A DNA stretch of 58,580 nucleotides, filler included, from Sphacelaria rigidula (GCA_964200075.2; 8 parts of 8 records of this genome joined end to end with filler, not necessarily neighbours in it); one strand, 5' to 3'. Counted from the first letter of the whole stretch, positions 40,333 through 52,295 are shown. Notes: generated by a model not told the origin, from the sequence alone. A program made the numbers and translations.

Positions 40333-40704
40333 TTGTTCCCTCGTTGGCCTCCACGCAGCTAGGATTACTGCGTGGTGAAGCATTATCGAAAATGACTGTA
40401 CTTCCTCAAAATATGCACACGCACACACACACAGGCATGTGCACACTTGTATTACAGACGGTACAGTACAGAACACTTACTACAGACACAGTATACAGAA
40501 CTGTCCACAGAGAGTGCAGTAGTACTTGTACCAGTGCTGTACGAGTACCACACACCGACAGGTGCAGGGCTTGTGAATGACTAGCGGGCGCCGAAGTGCA
40601 CTGCCTGTGTGCCCAACGCTGTGTACTTTGCCGGGCTCGTACCCGGAGGCTACATGACGATGCTGCTGTCGCGTATTCAACGGCACGGGGACAGCACAAA
40701 CAGC

Positions 40705-40954
40705 CAGAGTCGTGCTACGATAGGACGGGGGTTATTTTGAGCCATTGCTCCCACGAAATTTAACTTCGAATCATCGTTGTAAGAAGAAAGTCATCGTCCG
40801 AACGCGCGTGTTACCGATAAATAACGCTCGTGCATATTGCTTGACGCCGTTTTACCAAAAAACAAGCGCACGACGAGTGTGTTAGGTTGCCCGAAACACT
40901 TATGAGTCTTGTTTTCCTGGGATCAAACGCCCAACCTATCGTAGCACGGCTCTG
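40705..40954. mobile_element. MITE family D nested in the hAT element
   Basis: cagagtcgtgctacgatagg...cctatcgtagcacggctctg. Interior homologous to 47848-48111. Confidence 0.75.
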
Positions 40955-41935
40955 TACACGCTCTTCCGCGCTGTACGGGTAGCACCGCATGAGTGGGCGC
41001 AGAGTACAAACGCAGAACAGCACGGCGCGACTTTTACCTCTTCAACTTATGACACCGACCACGTTGTGTTCGGAACAGAAGATACAAAACCCTGAAAAGT
41101 TGGCCACGGTCCACATCTACGTGGTAAAAGTAAAAATAAAACAAACCTGGAGTTAAAAAGTAAACAATCCAGTCGTTTCTCGCGTATCCCTGAGTTCTGT
41201 TTTTTTTCTCTCCGAGACTCTCTATTCTGAGCATGTCGCGGCTCCTTCACCAGTGTTTAAGGCGTTGAAACGTGTCGTGTAATGCGTGACGTCACCGTGT
41301 ACGTGACGCTGAAGCACAATCTTCTTGGATTGGAACCTTCGTCGCAAACTTGAAGTGTCACCGCTTCATGTAACGTGTTTATGACGCTTCGTGTAACCTG
41401 TAACGTCCAATGCACGTGTAACGTATAATAGACGTTACATGTTACATGAAACGTTCCATATTACGTACGAACGTTCGGGCAATTCAACGTTCACGTTACG
41501 TTACGTGTGTCACATTAAATATTTTTGACGTTACGTTAACGTTGCATTTGAGAATCAAACGTTACGTTCACGTTACGTTCATCACGTCAAGAAAGTTAAC
41601 GTGTTCATGTTACGTTTCGGCCAAAACGTAACGTGTAACGCTGTAGCACGTGTAACGTGTGTATATCTGAAGATTATCGACCACCTTCCTCCTTGAGCGT
41701 ACCGTGTGGTGGCTGACTCTTTTGACGTGTTTCACTTGATTCATTCGTTGAAATGCGCTTCATTCTTCGCCCTGCACTGGAATATTTGCGTCCACATACT
41801 CTCAAGGCTTTCAGGTATGATTGTGTCTTACTTTGCCTCCTGAACGTAGGCTAGGTCGAGAAAATGTGATGATCGATGTCGACACGCGGCTTTTCGAATG
41901 ACGCTTCGATCAATTCCGCTGAATCTGACGACGTC

Positions 41936-42074
41936 CACACCCTGGACAATAGATTCTATTTGTTGAAACGTGTACTGCGTACAGTATGGAATCTGTCGTC
42001 TGTTGCAATAGGCGCAATAGTCGATACTGCACGCAGTACACGTTTTGACGGTGTATTCTTTTGTCCAGGGTGTG
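41936..42074. mobile_element. MITE family C (139 bp)
   Basis: Perfect TIR CACACCCTGGACAA...TTGTCCAGGGTGTG plus inner arms. Confidence 0.8.
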
Positions 42075-43911
42075 ACGATGTCACGAACGTCTCACCGCAT
42101 ACAGCGACAACATATTCAACTGGAGTAGCCGTGGGTATCTACTTGTGTCATTCTAAGCGCTACCGATGATAAAAACAATGAGAAAAAAAAAGTGCTAACG
42201 ATATCGTGGTTTTTTATTCATTCGTTCTACCAACACAACGCTATTATCGGTGTTCTTTATTGTATTTTTGTTGAATGGTACAGAAGGATTGTACAGTACC
42301 TCTCGTGCCATCCTGTGGACAACGTTTTGCAAGCCCTCCCGCAATCGGCCCCACTTCGCTGCCCCCACGGTCACCCCTGCTCCGGCAGAAGACGCCGGCG
42401 GAGACAGCTGTGCCTCCATCCACTCCGCCGTGGACGAATCTATATCGGCACACATGATACTCTGCACGGGCACTGTGTTAAGATCTTCGGGGAGGCTGAA
42501 ACATCCCCAGGAAGATTTTTGATATAACGGTGGGCGCCGGGGAGCAGGGGCGGGGGGTGGGGAGGGGGGAGTGTTTGACATCAACCAATACGAGGGCCGG
42601 ATGTCGGTGGGTTTCGAAGGTATCACATGTATGTATCGGTGAAGTGGATACTTGAGAAAGACATCGGTGGTTGCAAGGCAGATATCGGTGGTTGCGCCTT
42701 TTGGGACCAGGTGAGAGTGAAGCCTGCGAGTAGACAAGACCGATCGTACTCAGGTCGTGACCATTTGGAAAATGACCTACTATTCCATGTACTTTGTAGC
42801 CGGTAACGTCAACCTGGCTATATTGATGCCGATTGCCGATACGGAACGGCATCATCTAGGACTGACTTCGCTTTGGCTTGTTTTGTAATTCCTAATATAT
42901 GAACAGCTCCAGCCATTTCATCCGATACGCACTAATTTATTGGATTCCTCAATATATGGACATGTGCCGATCCTGTCGTGGCGTCGCCTCCACACGAGGT
43001 GGCACAAGGCTTTGGCGATACTGGATTCTCGCCACATGAACTTGCCCATGCAGATCCATAGACCGCGGTACAGGACGTTTACTGCTATACTTCTTGTATG
43101 CCTGCGTGCGATGTACTTTAGCCGTCTGAATGATTGTTGATAATCTCTCCTCGCTTGGAGACGCATCTAACCACCTCTATCTCATGTAGACGGTTCTTCC
43201 GAGCGCCATTCTTGTCTACTGGACCATCGCCAGTACACGCAAATGAAAAAGTCGAACGAAAGTTCCATGAAAGCTTAGCGCAATTTGAGTACATTTTGTT
43301 TAGCCTGCAAGGCACCGAGCGCCCTATCGCGTGAGATACAGTCTGTGCTAGCGGTAGGGATTCCATCCTTCACATAGACGACGCAGACCGAGCCAAACGT
43401 TTCTCCTGGCTGATGAGGGGCCCCGCCGGAGGGAGGGAAATACGCGTTTTGGTTTCATCTCTTTTCAAAATCGAACTCATTTCGCCCGCTCAAGGGCAGC
43501 GCTTTACCCGCTTAAAGTTCACTTTTTGCGACAAAAGCTGAAGAATGGGAGTGAAGACTATCCACACTTGAAAAATACCTATATTTTTGGGATATTTTTT
43601 CAACTTCGGGATTTTTTCTCAGTATGCAGTTTCAGCGCGTTGACAACAATACCACTAAGGACCTACGATACAGCCGTTGTCTATGCTTCTGCTCAGACCC
43701 ATCGTCGCATGATCGTCGGGTGTCTGGATATCCAGAGATCCAAGATCCGAAGATTGAACATGCTACGGGCCCAGCAGCATGTGACAACCAAACATCGAGA
43801 GGAACAGAGAATAGAAACTACAAGATGGAAGGCGTAGGCAATACAGTTAGATAACAATGTACTTCCTCTGCCCCATAAGTCTGTATCGTTATGTTTGTAC
43901 GAGCCCTTAAC

Positions 43912-44011
43912 NNNNNNNNNNNNNNNNNNNNNNNNNNNNNNNNNNNNNNNNNNNNTTAATTAATTAANNNNNNNNNNNNNNNNNNNNNNNNNNNNNNNNN
44001 NNNNNNNNNNN
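43912..44011. other. Artificial contig linker
   Basis: N44-TTAATTAATTAA-N44. Confidence 0.99.
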
Positions 44012-44189
44012 ATTGGTGGGATATCTTCAACGTACTGGGATATCCCAATCCTAGTACTCGTTGGGGGCAAGCAAACTTCGGAGGTTTTCCGAACGGTGTC
44101 GTCGGGTCCCCCGCGCTCGTACCTTGCCAAGCATAGTACTTGTTCGGATTCCACATATATCCCTGTTTTCGTGAGATCGAGAATAGACC

Positions 44190-44470
44190 GTTGATTGAGA
44201 GTGGCTCCGATCATTCGCTTCAACTTGACCAATTTCTCATTCTGTGTGTGCTTCTCGTTTGCCTGCAAACACTGGCGTGTGCTTACAGCTACACATCGAT
44301 ATCCTACTCAGGGATGGTGTCAAGGGCTTCAGTGGCAAGAAACTAATTGCAGGGAGCATATCGGGTCTCGTGGAGAAGGCATTTCGAAACATAAACTGTT
44401 CATTATTTGTAATTGACCGCTTTTCACTCTCACTCGTATCTTCCTCTACCATCAACTTCTCAAAAGCACT
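44190..44470 (-). mobile_element. Family U fragment
   Basis: Aligns with ~22350-22610 (tgtgcttacagctacac; ttgaccgcttttcac). Confidence 0.7.
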
Positions 44471-44522
44471 GTTATATCTTGTTCGCTTGTTTTTTTCCAC
44501 CGCAACGGCGAAAACAAAACAG

Positions 44523-44644
44523 CTGCTCACGAGCGCAGGCTGGCCTTGGAGTTGTCGTCCGGAGGCATGGAATCGCTCGCTGCTCTGAGAGACGATGTGA
44601 AGAGGTTGGATCATGACGGAAGCGGATTTTCCACCGAAAAGCAG
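44523..44644 (+). CDS. EF-hand-like protein, exon A
   Basis: CAG acceptor and CAG|GT donor. Encodes AHERRLALELSSGGMESLAALRDDVKRLDHDGSGFSTEKQ with a DxDGSG loop. Ends in phase 0. Confidence 0.75.
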
Positions 44645-45180
44645 GTTATCGTGGCCGTGATGTCCCCGGCCATCGCGTTGAGTACAAGCTCAAAAACCTG
44701 CGGCTAGGGCCGACCCGAATTTACCGTCGTCCATGCCCCAGCGACCGGAATGTTGCGAGTTTTGCTGTAGCCAAGGCATTCAGACGTAAATATTACTCCA
44801 GCGTGCTGTGTAGCACAGACATCCAGACGTAAATATTACTTCAGCGTGCCCTATGTACCTATAGTTTCCCTGTTAGGCGAAGCCTAGAAAGGTCATTGAT
44901 GTTTCTGGGTCAAAAGATTTCGCAATCGTTTATACGCAAAACGTACAGCTGCTTCGCAATATGCAAAAAACAAGAAGCGACGACTGAGACTAAATATATT
45001 TTCCAGCATGATTTGTACGGCGAAGTGTTTGTCCCTTTAATAATGCTTGCTCGACCTTTCATCGCCAGGACGCGATTCCTCAACAAACCTCACACGCCAG
45101 TATGTACAGATGAATCTGCCGACGAGAACATCGATACATTCCTCGCATAGAAAAGGATATGAGGATGATCTAATCGTCTG

Positions 45181-45345
45181 AATAATGACGGTTTTGGTCA
45201 CAGATTATCGTCTGGATAATGACGATTTCGGTTACAGATTATCATTTGAATAATGACGATTTTGGTCACAGAGTATCGCCTGGAAAATGACCATTTTGTT
45301 TACGGAATATCGTTCGAATAATGACGATTTCGTTACAGATTTTCG
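45181..45345. repeat. 34-bp minisatellite (~5 units) overlapping a splice acceptor
   Basis: Units resembling aataatgacgattttggtcacagattatcgtctg start at 45181, 45215, 45249, 45283 and 45317. Confidence 0.9.
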
Positions 45346-45482
45346 AGGCGTTGCGAGAGGCTGGATACGCACTGGACATGGAATCGGTTGGGGTGTTGAA
45401 GACTGGTCTTGGGATCGACGCCGGCGGCAGCGTGGATCTCGCCGAGTTCATGGGCATGTGCGAAGATATTGCTTCGAATCAG
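45339..45482 (+). CDS. EF-hand-like protein, exon B
   Basis: TTACAG acceptor and CAG|GT donor. 48 codons, IFEALREAGYALDMESVGVLKTGLGIDAGGSVDLAEFMGMCEDIASNQ, completing an EF-hand pair. Confidence 0.82.
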
Positions 45483-45524
45483 GTTTCGGATCTTCGTGTC
45501 TCTCATCAAGGGCGATACTAGATA

Positions 45525-45706
45525 TTGATTTGATCTGGTTGATCTGATTGATCTGATTGATCTGATTGATCTGATAGCTTGATTGATTGATTGATTTGGC
45601 TGTTTTGATTGTTCTGATTGATTTTATCGATCTGGTTGATCTGGTTGATCTGGTTGATCTGAATGCTTGACTGATTGATTTGATTGATTTGATTGATTTG
45701 ATTGAT
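45525..45706. repeat. (TTGA/TCTGA)-type compound microsatellite
   Basis: Degenerate 4-9 bp units. Confidence 0.85.
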
Positions 45707-46562
45707 TGTCGCACTTGAACTGACCTCCCAGGGATCCAGCCGTGATTACATGCTAGATAGACGTACCAAAAAAAAACTGAAACACGCGCTGAAACTAAAA
45801 GAAGGAACAGAAAAAGTCGAACAGAATGACGTAGTGGACTAAGACGTGAAAAAACAAATAGAATAAAAAGTCAACAAAAGCAAAGCACAGAAAGAAGTGG
45901 CCGATCTAAAACAAAAAGGAAGGATAATAACGTATTCAAACGCAAACATCTTCGAAACACAATATAGGGGGTGGACACCGTGAGCAGCAAAGTTCCCATC
46001 CATGTCTACCATGGTTGAGGAATGTTTCCTGGCGGGGGACATTCCTTATCCAAGGGTGGTGGTTTCTGCAATTTCTCTCGCCGATTTTACCTGTTTTTTC
46101 GTCTCCGATATTCCACAAGACTCCATCACTGTTTTGCGCAAATTATACATCAATTACTCTCGGATGGAAATGGCTTGAATGCAGGTGAAGCATCAAATGA
46201 AGGAAAGGTGGGGATAAAGATACACACGATATTGCAATAGTTTCATACGGGAGCACCGTATCTGGATGATGTTTGTTTCATCCCTGAAGTGACCCTCGCA
46301 CGGTCGAACACCCTTGGGAAATATCTGAGGAAGATTTTTATTAATGAAGACCGTGGATCACGCCGACAAGCGTCATACTCCAGTCTCGTAACCCCCGCGG
46401 CCGAACGACTCAGGAATGGTACATGCCACCGCAACCGAGCCTCCACACAGAAGAAGCAGGGGATACGTTGACGTCAGGGCATAACTTCACATCTGCGAAG
46501 GTACGGATTACTTTTACAACCATGGACAAGAGCGAGTTCTTGGACGATGGTACATACAAGTG

Positions 46563-46910
46563 TGGGGGGTGTACTCATGCTCTTGTATGCCGTAGTCACA
46601 AGGGTGGGTGGGTGGCGGGGGGGGCGTACTCATTTGTTGCTTGCCGTAGTCGTTTGACCATTGACCACGCATCCCTTTCGAGACGGAGCACCGTTCCTAC
46701 TCCTAATAGAGACACCTCCAACATTCTGGCGCTCATTACTTTTGGGGGGGGAATTTGTTGCTTGCAGTAGTTACTTAACCATTGACAACGCATCCTTTTC
46801 GAGATGGAGCACCATTCCCACTCCACATAGAGAAACCTCCAACGTTTTGGCGTTCGCTATGGTTTTTCCATACATTCCGCGAAAAACCTTTAGATATCTT
46901 ATCCCCTTCA
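46563..46910 (-). mobile_element. Three stacked family P copies
   Basis: G-run-led units at ~46563, ~46615 and ~46745. The first is flanked by acaagtgtggg/acaagggtggg. Confidence 0.8.
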
Positions 46911-47331
46911 TGTTTCATAAGGTTAATGGGAGGGGGGAAGGGGGGCGTATCGAATGACACAAAATTACTCAAGTTTCACCATTGAATCAACGCAAAGATT
47001 GCAGTATCCTCTGTAGTGACAGAATCTTGTATATATGCATGCACGCCATAAAATTAGCAGCATATAACGGAAATTATTGATAAAACATGCACACACATAC
47101 GTACGCATGAACACGCATGGTACGAATGCCACATTCAGCATCTTCCACATCACTCACCCTCAAGGGCCTCATCTGAGTCGCTCAACGACAGAGGGTGAAA
47201 TGACACGCATACCAGTGATTCGATGGAATCGCATACCTAGGCATCGTCGATCACGTAGCACCTCCGGTATACCCTAGAGAGCCGAGTTTTTCTGGCGTCG
47301 TGGTGCTCCAGAGCGTAGTGATACAGCATGC

Positions 47332-47775
47332 AACACGGGATTTTACAAATTAGGAATGGTGTTTTTTTTAGGATGATAACCCGGAGGGTTAAAATCTTCG
47401 TATCCACACCAAATCTTCGGAATATAGTTCCACTCCTTCACCTACTTGTAGCTATTGACAACTACTACACGCCATACAAATTTGAATCCTGATAAGCGAC
47501 ATATTGGGGTCTTAGGTGAAGAAACATTTTGGGGGAATTTAGATGATCCGATCAAGTTGCCGAAAAATTCCCCATAAATGGTTTCTCACCTAGGACTCCA
47601 ACGTTTCGGTTATCGCGATCCGAAATTGTATGGCGTATGGTAGTTTTCAATAGCTACGAGCAAGTGAAGAAATGGAACCATATCTCGAAGATTTGGTGTG
47701 GATACGAATATTTGAATTCTCCGGGTTTCTCATCCTCATTAAAGAATTCATCCCCAATTTGTAAAATTCCGTGTT
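47332..47775. mobile_element. Long-TIR foldback MITE family F
   Basis: AACACGGGATTTTACAAATT...AATTTGTAAAATTCCGTGTT. Homologous to 56194-56631. Confidence 0.85.
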
Positions 47776-47847
47776 ATGGGGGCACGAGTGAGATTGATGA
47801 GTGTTCCGGGACGGACTAAACCGACACTAACGACTTCGTGCGATCTT

Positions 47848-48111
47848 GGGGTCATCCTACGATAGGGGGGCGCACGGGGGGAGTAGTTTGGGCCAGTTCT
47901 TGCACGAAATTCCGAGTCAAATCATCGTTAAAAGCAGCAACGGTTGTTCGAACGAGATTGATATAAATAAATAACGCTCGTTCATGCCGATAGACACCGT
48001 TTTGAACCAAATACAAGCGTACCGCGAGTGTGGCAGGTCGTCTGACACACTTATGAGTCTCTTTTTTGGTGCAATCAATACCCCCCCCTCTCCTTATCGT
48101 AGGATGACCCC
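47848..48111. mobile_element. MITE family D
   Basis: GGGGTCATCCTACGATA...TATCGTAGGATGACCCC. Confidence 0.78.
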
Positions 48112-48343
48112 TTGATTGTGATAGCAGGTAACCCTCCGATGCATTCTACCGTTCGTCATTTTGCCAGAATAAGCGCATTTCAGTTGGAACATGTGCACAG
48201 GAAAAAGCCTCGAAGGTTCTCCTTTTTTCTAACCATGTTTGTATACATTGTCATAAGATACGTTTCAAGTTTTCATGGACTACTTATGATGATGTACGAG
48301 TTTTGCAATAATGACGCTCCCGTTCCCTTGGTTGACTGCTCAG

Positions 48344-48526
48344 GCCAGCAATCCCCTTCACGGCCAAGGAGGCGTTTTTGGTACCGGTGGCGAAGTGCTG
48401 TCGGGTTCACACATGTTTGACGGACGAACGGGGCCCAGAGAGTCACATTTTCTGGGTGGAACTGTGTTCGGGGAGAAGAAATTCTTGGAAGGTTCTTCGC
48501 CGAGCATCAAGGATGTTTTGGGCGAG
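48344..48526 (+). CDS. EF-hand-like protein, exon C
   Basis: CTCAG acceptor and GAG|GTGGGT donor. 61 codons, ASNPLHGQGG...SIKDVLGE, phase 0/0. Confidence 0.7.
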
Positions 48527-48672
48527 GTGGGTGTACGCGGTTTGTAAACGTTGTGCAGTTTTACGAAAAACAGCAAATGAAATGTTCCCAGAGGGACCCA
48601 GGGTTGGTCACAAGACAGACACACCCAAAGTTACCAAAATGGGAACGCTTGCTAGAGAAAAAGAAGAGTGGG

Positions 48673-48745
48673 GAGGGGGGGGGGGGGAGGGGGACACTCA
48701 TTTGTTGTTTGCCTTAGTTGCTGGACTATTCTATTGATCACGCAT
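48673..48745 (-). mobile_element. Family P short copy
   Basis: G-run then cactcatttgttgtttgccttagt...gatcacgcat, flanked by aagagtgggg/aacagtgggg. Confidence 0.65.
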
Positions 48746-48899
48746 AACAAAAACAGTGGGGGGGAAGCGAAGCAATGGAACAAGTAAGTGGAGTGAACTG
48801 AGAAAGAAGAGGAACAGGAGAAACGAAACGAAACACGAAAAGGAGAGGAGAGGAGAGGAAAGGAGAGGAGAGGAGAGGAGAAAAAGTGGCAAATTATAA

Positions 48900-49175
48900 C
48901 TAGTATCATTCTAGTATTGGTAGTATTGGTAGTATTGGTAGTATTGGTAGTATTCGTATTCGTAGTAGTAGAAGTAGTAGTAGAAGTAGTAGTAGTAGCA
49001 GCTGTAGTAGTAGTAGTAGTAGTAGTAGTAGCTGTAGTAGTAGTAGTTGTTGTTGTTGCATTCGTAGTTGTATTCGTAGGTGTATTCGTAGTTATATTCA
49101 TAGTTGTATTCGTAGTAGTAGTCATTGCAGCAGCAGCAGCAGCAGTAGTAGTAAAATCGATAGCAGTAGTAGTAT
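48900..49175. repeat. (TAG)n-based compound microsatellite
   Basis: TAG, TTG and CAG triplet arrays. Source of the spurious poly-V/T/Y ORFs. Confidence 0.93.
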
Positions 49176-49354
49176 AACAACATAGACACACATGTATACA
49201 TGGACTGCTGAACAACCCAACCAGTAAGTCCGACACTGAACCCAACCCGGACCGTGCCAGTAACCTCAAACCCTAAGCGCCTTTCTAAAAGGCATGGGCC
49301 GCCGTGTCCCGCCTTCTTTCCCACCCCCGAGTACCCCCAAAACGTGTCGTACAG

Positions 49355-49573
49355 CTGAAGGACCAGCTGTCACTCCTGGATGTCGATCACCTACGGGGCG
49401 GCGGGGCTTCCTCCCCGGAAGACAGCGATGGACTTGACAATGTTGTGCCTGTGCTGGGAAAGGCGGTTAATGGCAAGTTTTTGCGGAGAGATTTACAGCT
49501 CACCGGGGTATTGAGCGCGCGAGAGCTGGGCTTGGCATTGGAAGATATCGGGGTAACTCTGCAGCCCTCGGAG
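49355..49573 (+). CDS. EF-hand-like protein, exon D
   Basis: TACAG acceptor and GAG|GTATGT donor. 73 codons ending ...KFLRRDLQLTGVLSARELGLALEDIGVTLQPSE (degenerate EF-hand). Confidence 0.82.
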
Positions 49574-49594
49574 GTATGTACTGCAGAACCGAAC

Positions 49595-50070
49595 AACAGT
49601 AGTGGATTTCCGAAAATGGGGTTGAAAAAATGAAATGAGGTTGAACTCAAAAGCCGTCCTTTCCCCAGCCTAAATTGATGACAAATGGCTTTCATATGGA
49701 CAACCCCATCCCTCCCGACCTCCCTAAAAACTATTTCGAGGGGTTTTTAGCCTTCCGTTCCCCCCAAGGGTATGTGCGAAAGCATGATTCTTGGACTAAA
49801 AAACTTCCTTTTGTCACCCCGAAATCGAGGCAAAAGTGTGCTTTCGCACATACCCTTTGTACTCGTGATCATGCATGCCATAGCCATAAAGACCACATAC
49901 CCTTTGGGGGAGCGGAAGGCCAGAAACCTCCCGAATTAGTTGTAGGGAGGTGGGAGGGGATGAGGTCGTCCGTATGAAAGTAATTCGTCATGTATTCAGG
50001 TCAGGGAAAGCATGGCTTTTTGAGTTGATCCTCATTTCGTTTTCGAACCCACTTTCGAGAACCCACTGTT
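49595..50070. mobile_element. Long-TIR foldback MITE
   Basis: aacagt...gaaatgaggttgaactcaaaagcc pairs with ggctttttgagttgatcctcatttc...cactgtt. Inner arms also pair. Confidence 0.75.
49860..49893 (-). mobile_element. Family P 34-bp micro-insertion with 13-bp TSD
   Basis: CACATACCCTTTG at 49847-49859 and 49894-49906 flanks tactcgtgatcatgcatgccatagccataaagac. Confidence 0.85.
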
Positions 50071-50263
50071 AAACTCCTCGCTCCGTGTTGTCAACAAGGT
50101 TCATGATATGCACTGCATGCTTCATGCTACGGCGCACCACGTCGGCTGCTCTGTGCCGTTTTTGTTGTTCATGTTGATTCCCACTCTCTATTCCTTTCCA
50201 GCTCAAATTGCAAGGCGATGGCGAGGAGCAAATTGAGCCGGAATGCGAAAGCGGTTCGGTAGG

Positions 50264-50556
50264 AATATTGAGTAATGCCGAGATAGCCCCCCATCCCCCC
50301 CCCTCAAATCAGCCCGAATATTGCCATGAAGGGAATGACCACACAGCGCATGATAGCTGGTTCCGATTTGCGTGAAGCGCCTACTATGGGCGACATTGGC
50401 GGAAACGCATCCGAGCGACGGAGTTCCCAGCTGCCCGGTGTACTCAGCTTTTTTTTCATTTTGTGTCGCATGTAGATTTTGTCTCCTCAATACAGCCACT
50501 TTTGTGGGGGTGGGGTGAGGGTGGGGGGGGGGGGCTGTCGCGGCGTGACTCTATTA
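50264..50556. mobile_element. MITE family G
   Basis: gagtaatgccgagatagcccc...ggggctgtcgcggcgtgactc, with shared interior tgaagcgcct/ggcgacattggc. Confidence 0.7.
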
Positions 50557-51159
50557 TGAAAAGCGGAAAATATCGCCCAAGATAAACATACGAATCCACA
50601 AAAGCGCAAAAGAGCAAAAGAGCAAAATGCAAAATATGTGTGTGTGTTGTGTTATGTTGTCTTCTGGACGCCGGTTTACACCGTTCGGTATATGTGGGTG
50701 CACCAGCCGGGATCACACATGAGGAAGGTCAACACAGGATTTTGTTAATTCAAGTGTAGAGTCAAACAAATGGAAACCGACGTCGACTTATGATAGCACC
50801 TATACTTTTTCTGCACGCTGTACGTACTGTAATACCAAAACGCATACAGGTTATTACCCTTGCTGCAAAGTTCCGACCACCGGGGGACAGAAATGCACCC
50901 TTTCCTGATAGGGCGGGAGGCATAGCTCCGAACATCGAAGGACTAGATGACACTTTCGCCGAGTATGCACCCTTGGTGAGGTGAGTTGAAATGGGCGGGG
51001 TAGATTGGGATGAGACTCCTCTTCCAGCGCCTACAGGCTGGTCCTAACCAGAAGAACGAGAAATCGCCGCCTCCGTTTTTCTGCAAGATCTAGTGGCCAT
51101 ATATTAGCATCTTTACACCCGTCGATATGGTCAAGGACAGAAGAAAGCACGTTTCTTGG

Positions 51160-51246
51160 GAGGGGGGGGGGGGGGGGGCGAACCTTTTTGTTGTCTGCCT
51201 TAGCCCTTTATCCGTGAACCCACCCCCCCTTTCGACCCGGGGCACC
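51160..51246 (-). mobile_element. Family P copy at contig end (low-quality sequence)
   Basis: G-run then ...tttgttgtctgccttag...ccctttcgacccggggcacc. Confidence 0.6.
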
Positions 51247-51346
51247 NNNNNNNNNNNNNNNNNNNNNNNNNNNNNNNNNNNNNNNNNNNNTTAATTAATT
51301 AANNNNNNNNNNNNNNNNNNNNNNNNNNNNNNNNNNNNNNNNNNNN
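51247..51346. other. Artificial contig linker
   Basis: N44-TTAATTAATTAA-N44. Confidence 0.99.
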
Positions 51347-51708
51347 CCTCCGGGTTCTCATCCTCAATGAAAAGCACCATCCTCAACATAGATGATCGGC
51401 TGTTTACCAGACTTGAAACATTTCATACGCTGGCCGTTGCCATAATCCGAACCGCTACCCGTATCTTGGTATGCGCTGCTAGTGATCCAGCTGGAACCGC
51501 TTGTTCAAGCTATTGAATTTCATGTGTATTCTTGTACATCGTGCGACTACGGTCGCCACAGCAAAGTATCAGTTGTCTTTTTCACGACCCCGGAATACTG
51601 CCTTCCATGCACAACAATATATACCCATATACATCAATTACTGTCTCAAACCCAACACCCTTCCTGTTACTGTTTGTCCGTGTGGATCTCACGACTCCGC
51701 AAAACAAT

Positions 51709-52248
51709 TAGGCTTTTGGTTTTTATGCGCATTTTTTATTTTTTCATGCGCGTTTTCCCATTGTTCGTGATGTTTAAAAGGGAACATTATGCGCCGGTTT
51801 ATGTGTATTTTGGCGAAATATGCGGGACTTATGTTCCTTTTTCGCGTCCTTGTTGAGGCGGTTCCTGTCGGGTTCCGCTGTTTGATGTGAAATATGACAC
51901 ACTTTTTTTTTATAAGTTTCACATGAACATAAAGTAGCTCACATACAGCACCATAACAGGTATCAGACCCGCAACAAAGTTCAAAACAAGAAATTATGAA
52001 CGCAAACGCCACGACTCCACGATCAACGCCACATGGAGCACCCGTGGGCATCTACTAGCTGCTGGGCATGGGGTGAATAATCCCGTTGGAATTCTATATG
52101 CGCCAAGTTATGCGTAAAACTCAGCTTTTATGCCTTCGTTATACTGAAATCTCGGAAAACATATGTTTTTCAAAACATGCAAATGCTTATTATGCGCATA
52201 ACCCCGTTTTATGCGAAATTATATGCGCGCAAAAACAGCAAAAGCCTA
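51709..52248. mobile_element. hAT-type MITE (540 bp)
   Basis: TIR TAGGCTTTTG...CAAAAGCCTA, 8-bp TSD AAAACAAT/TAAACAAT, TATGCG subterminal motifs. Confidence 0.85.
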
Positions 52249-52295
52249 TAAACAATGGGACCTCTGAAAAATATATCCAGTAGCTTGCTACAGTG

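Larger units (their letters stand above)
39400..41669. mobile_element. Non-autonomous hAT-type element (2270 bp)
   Basis: Imperfect TIRs CAGGGAGATATACGTTACACGT and ACGTGTAACGTGTGTATATCTG, 8-bp TSD AAGATCAT/AAGATTAT, ACGTTA-rich inverted subterminal blocks. No transposase seen. Confidence 0.85.

Noticed and set aside
45181-45345. CRISPR-like ~34-bp periodicity
   Set aside because: Contiguous tandem units without unique spacers, eukaryotic context and no cas genes.
48652-49324. Long poly-T/poly-V/poly-Y ORFs
   Set aside because: Translations of an intronic (TAG)n microsatellite.
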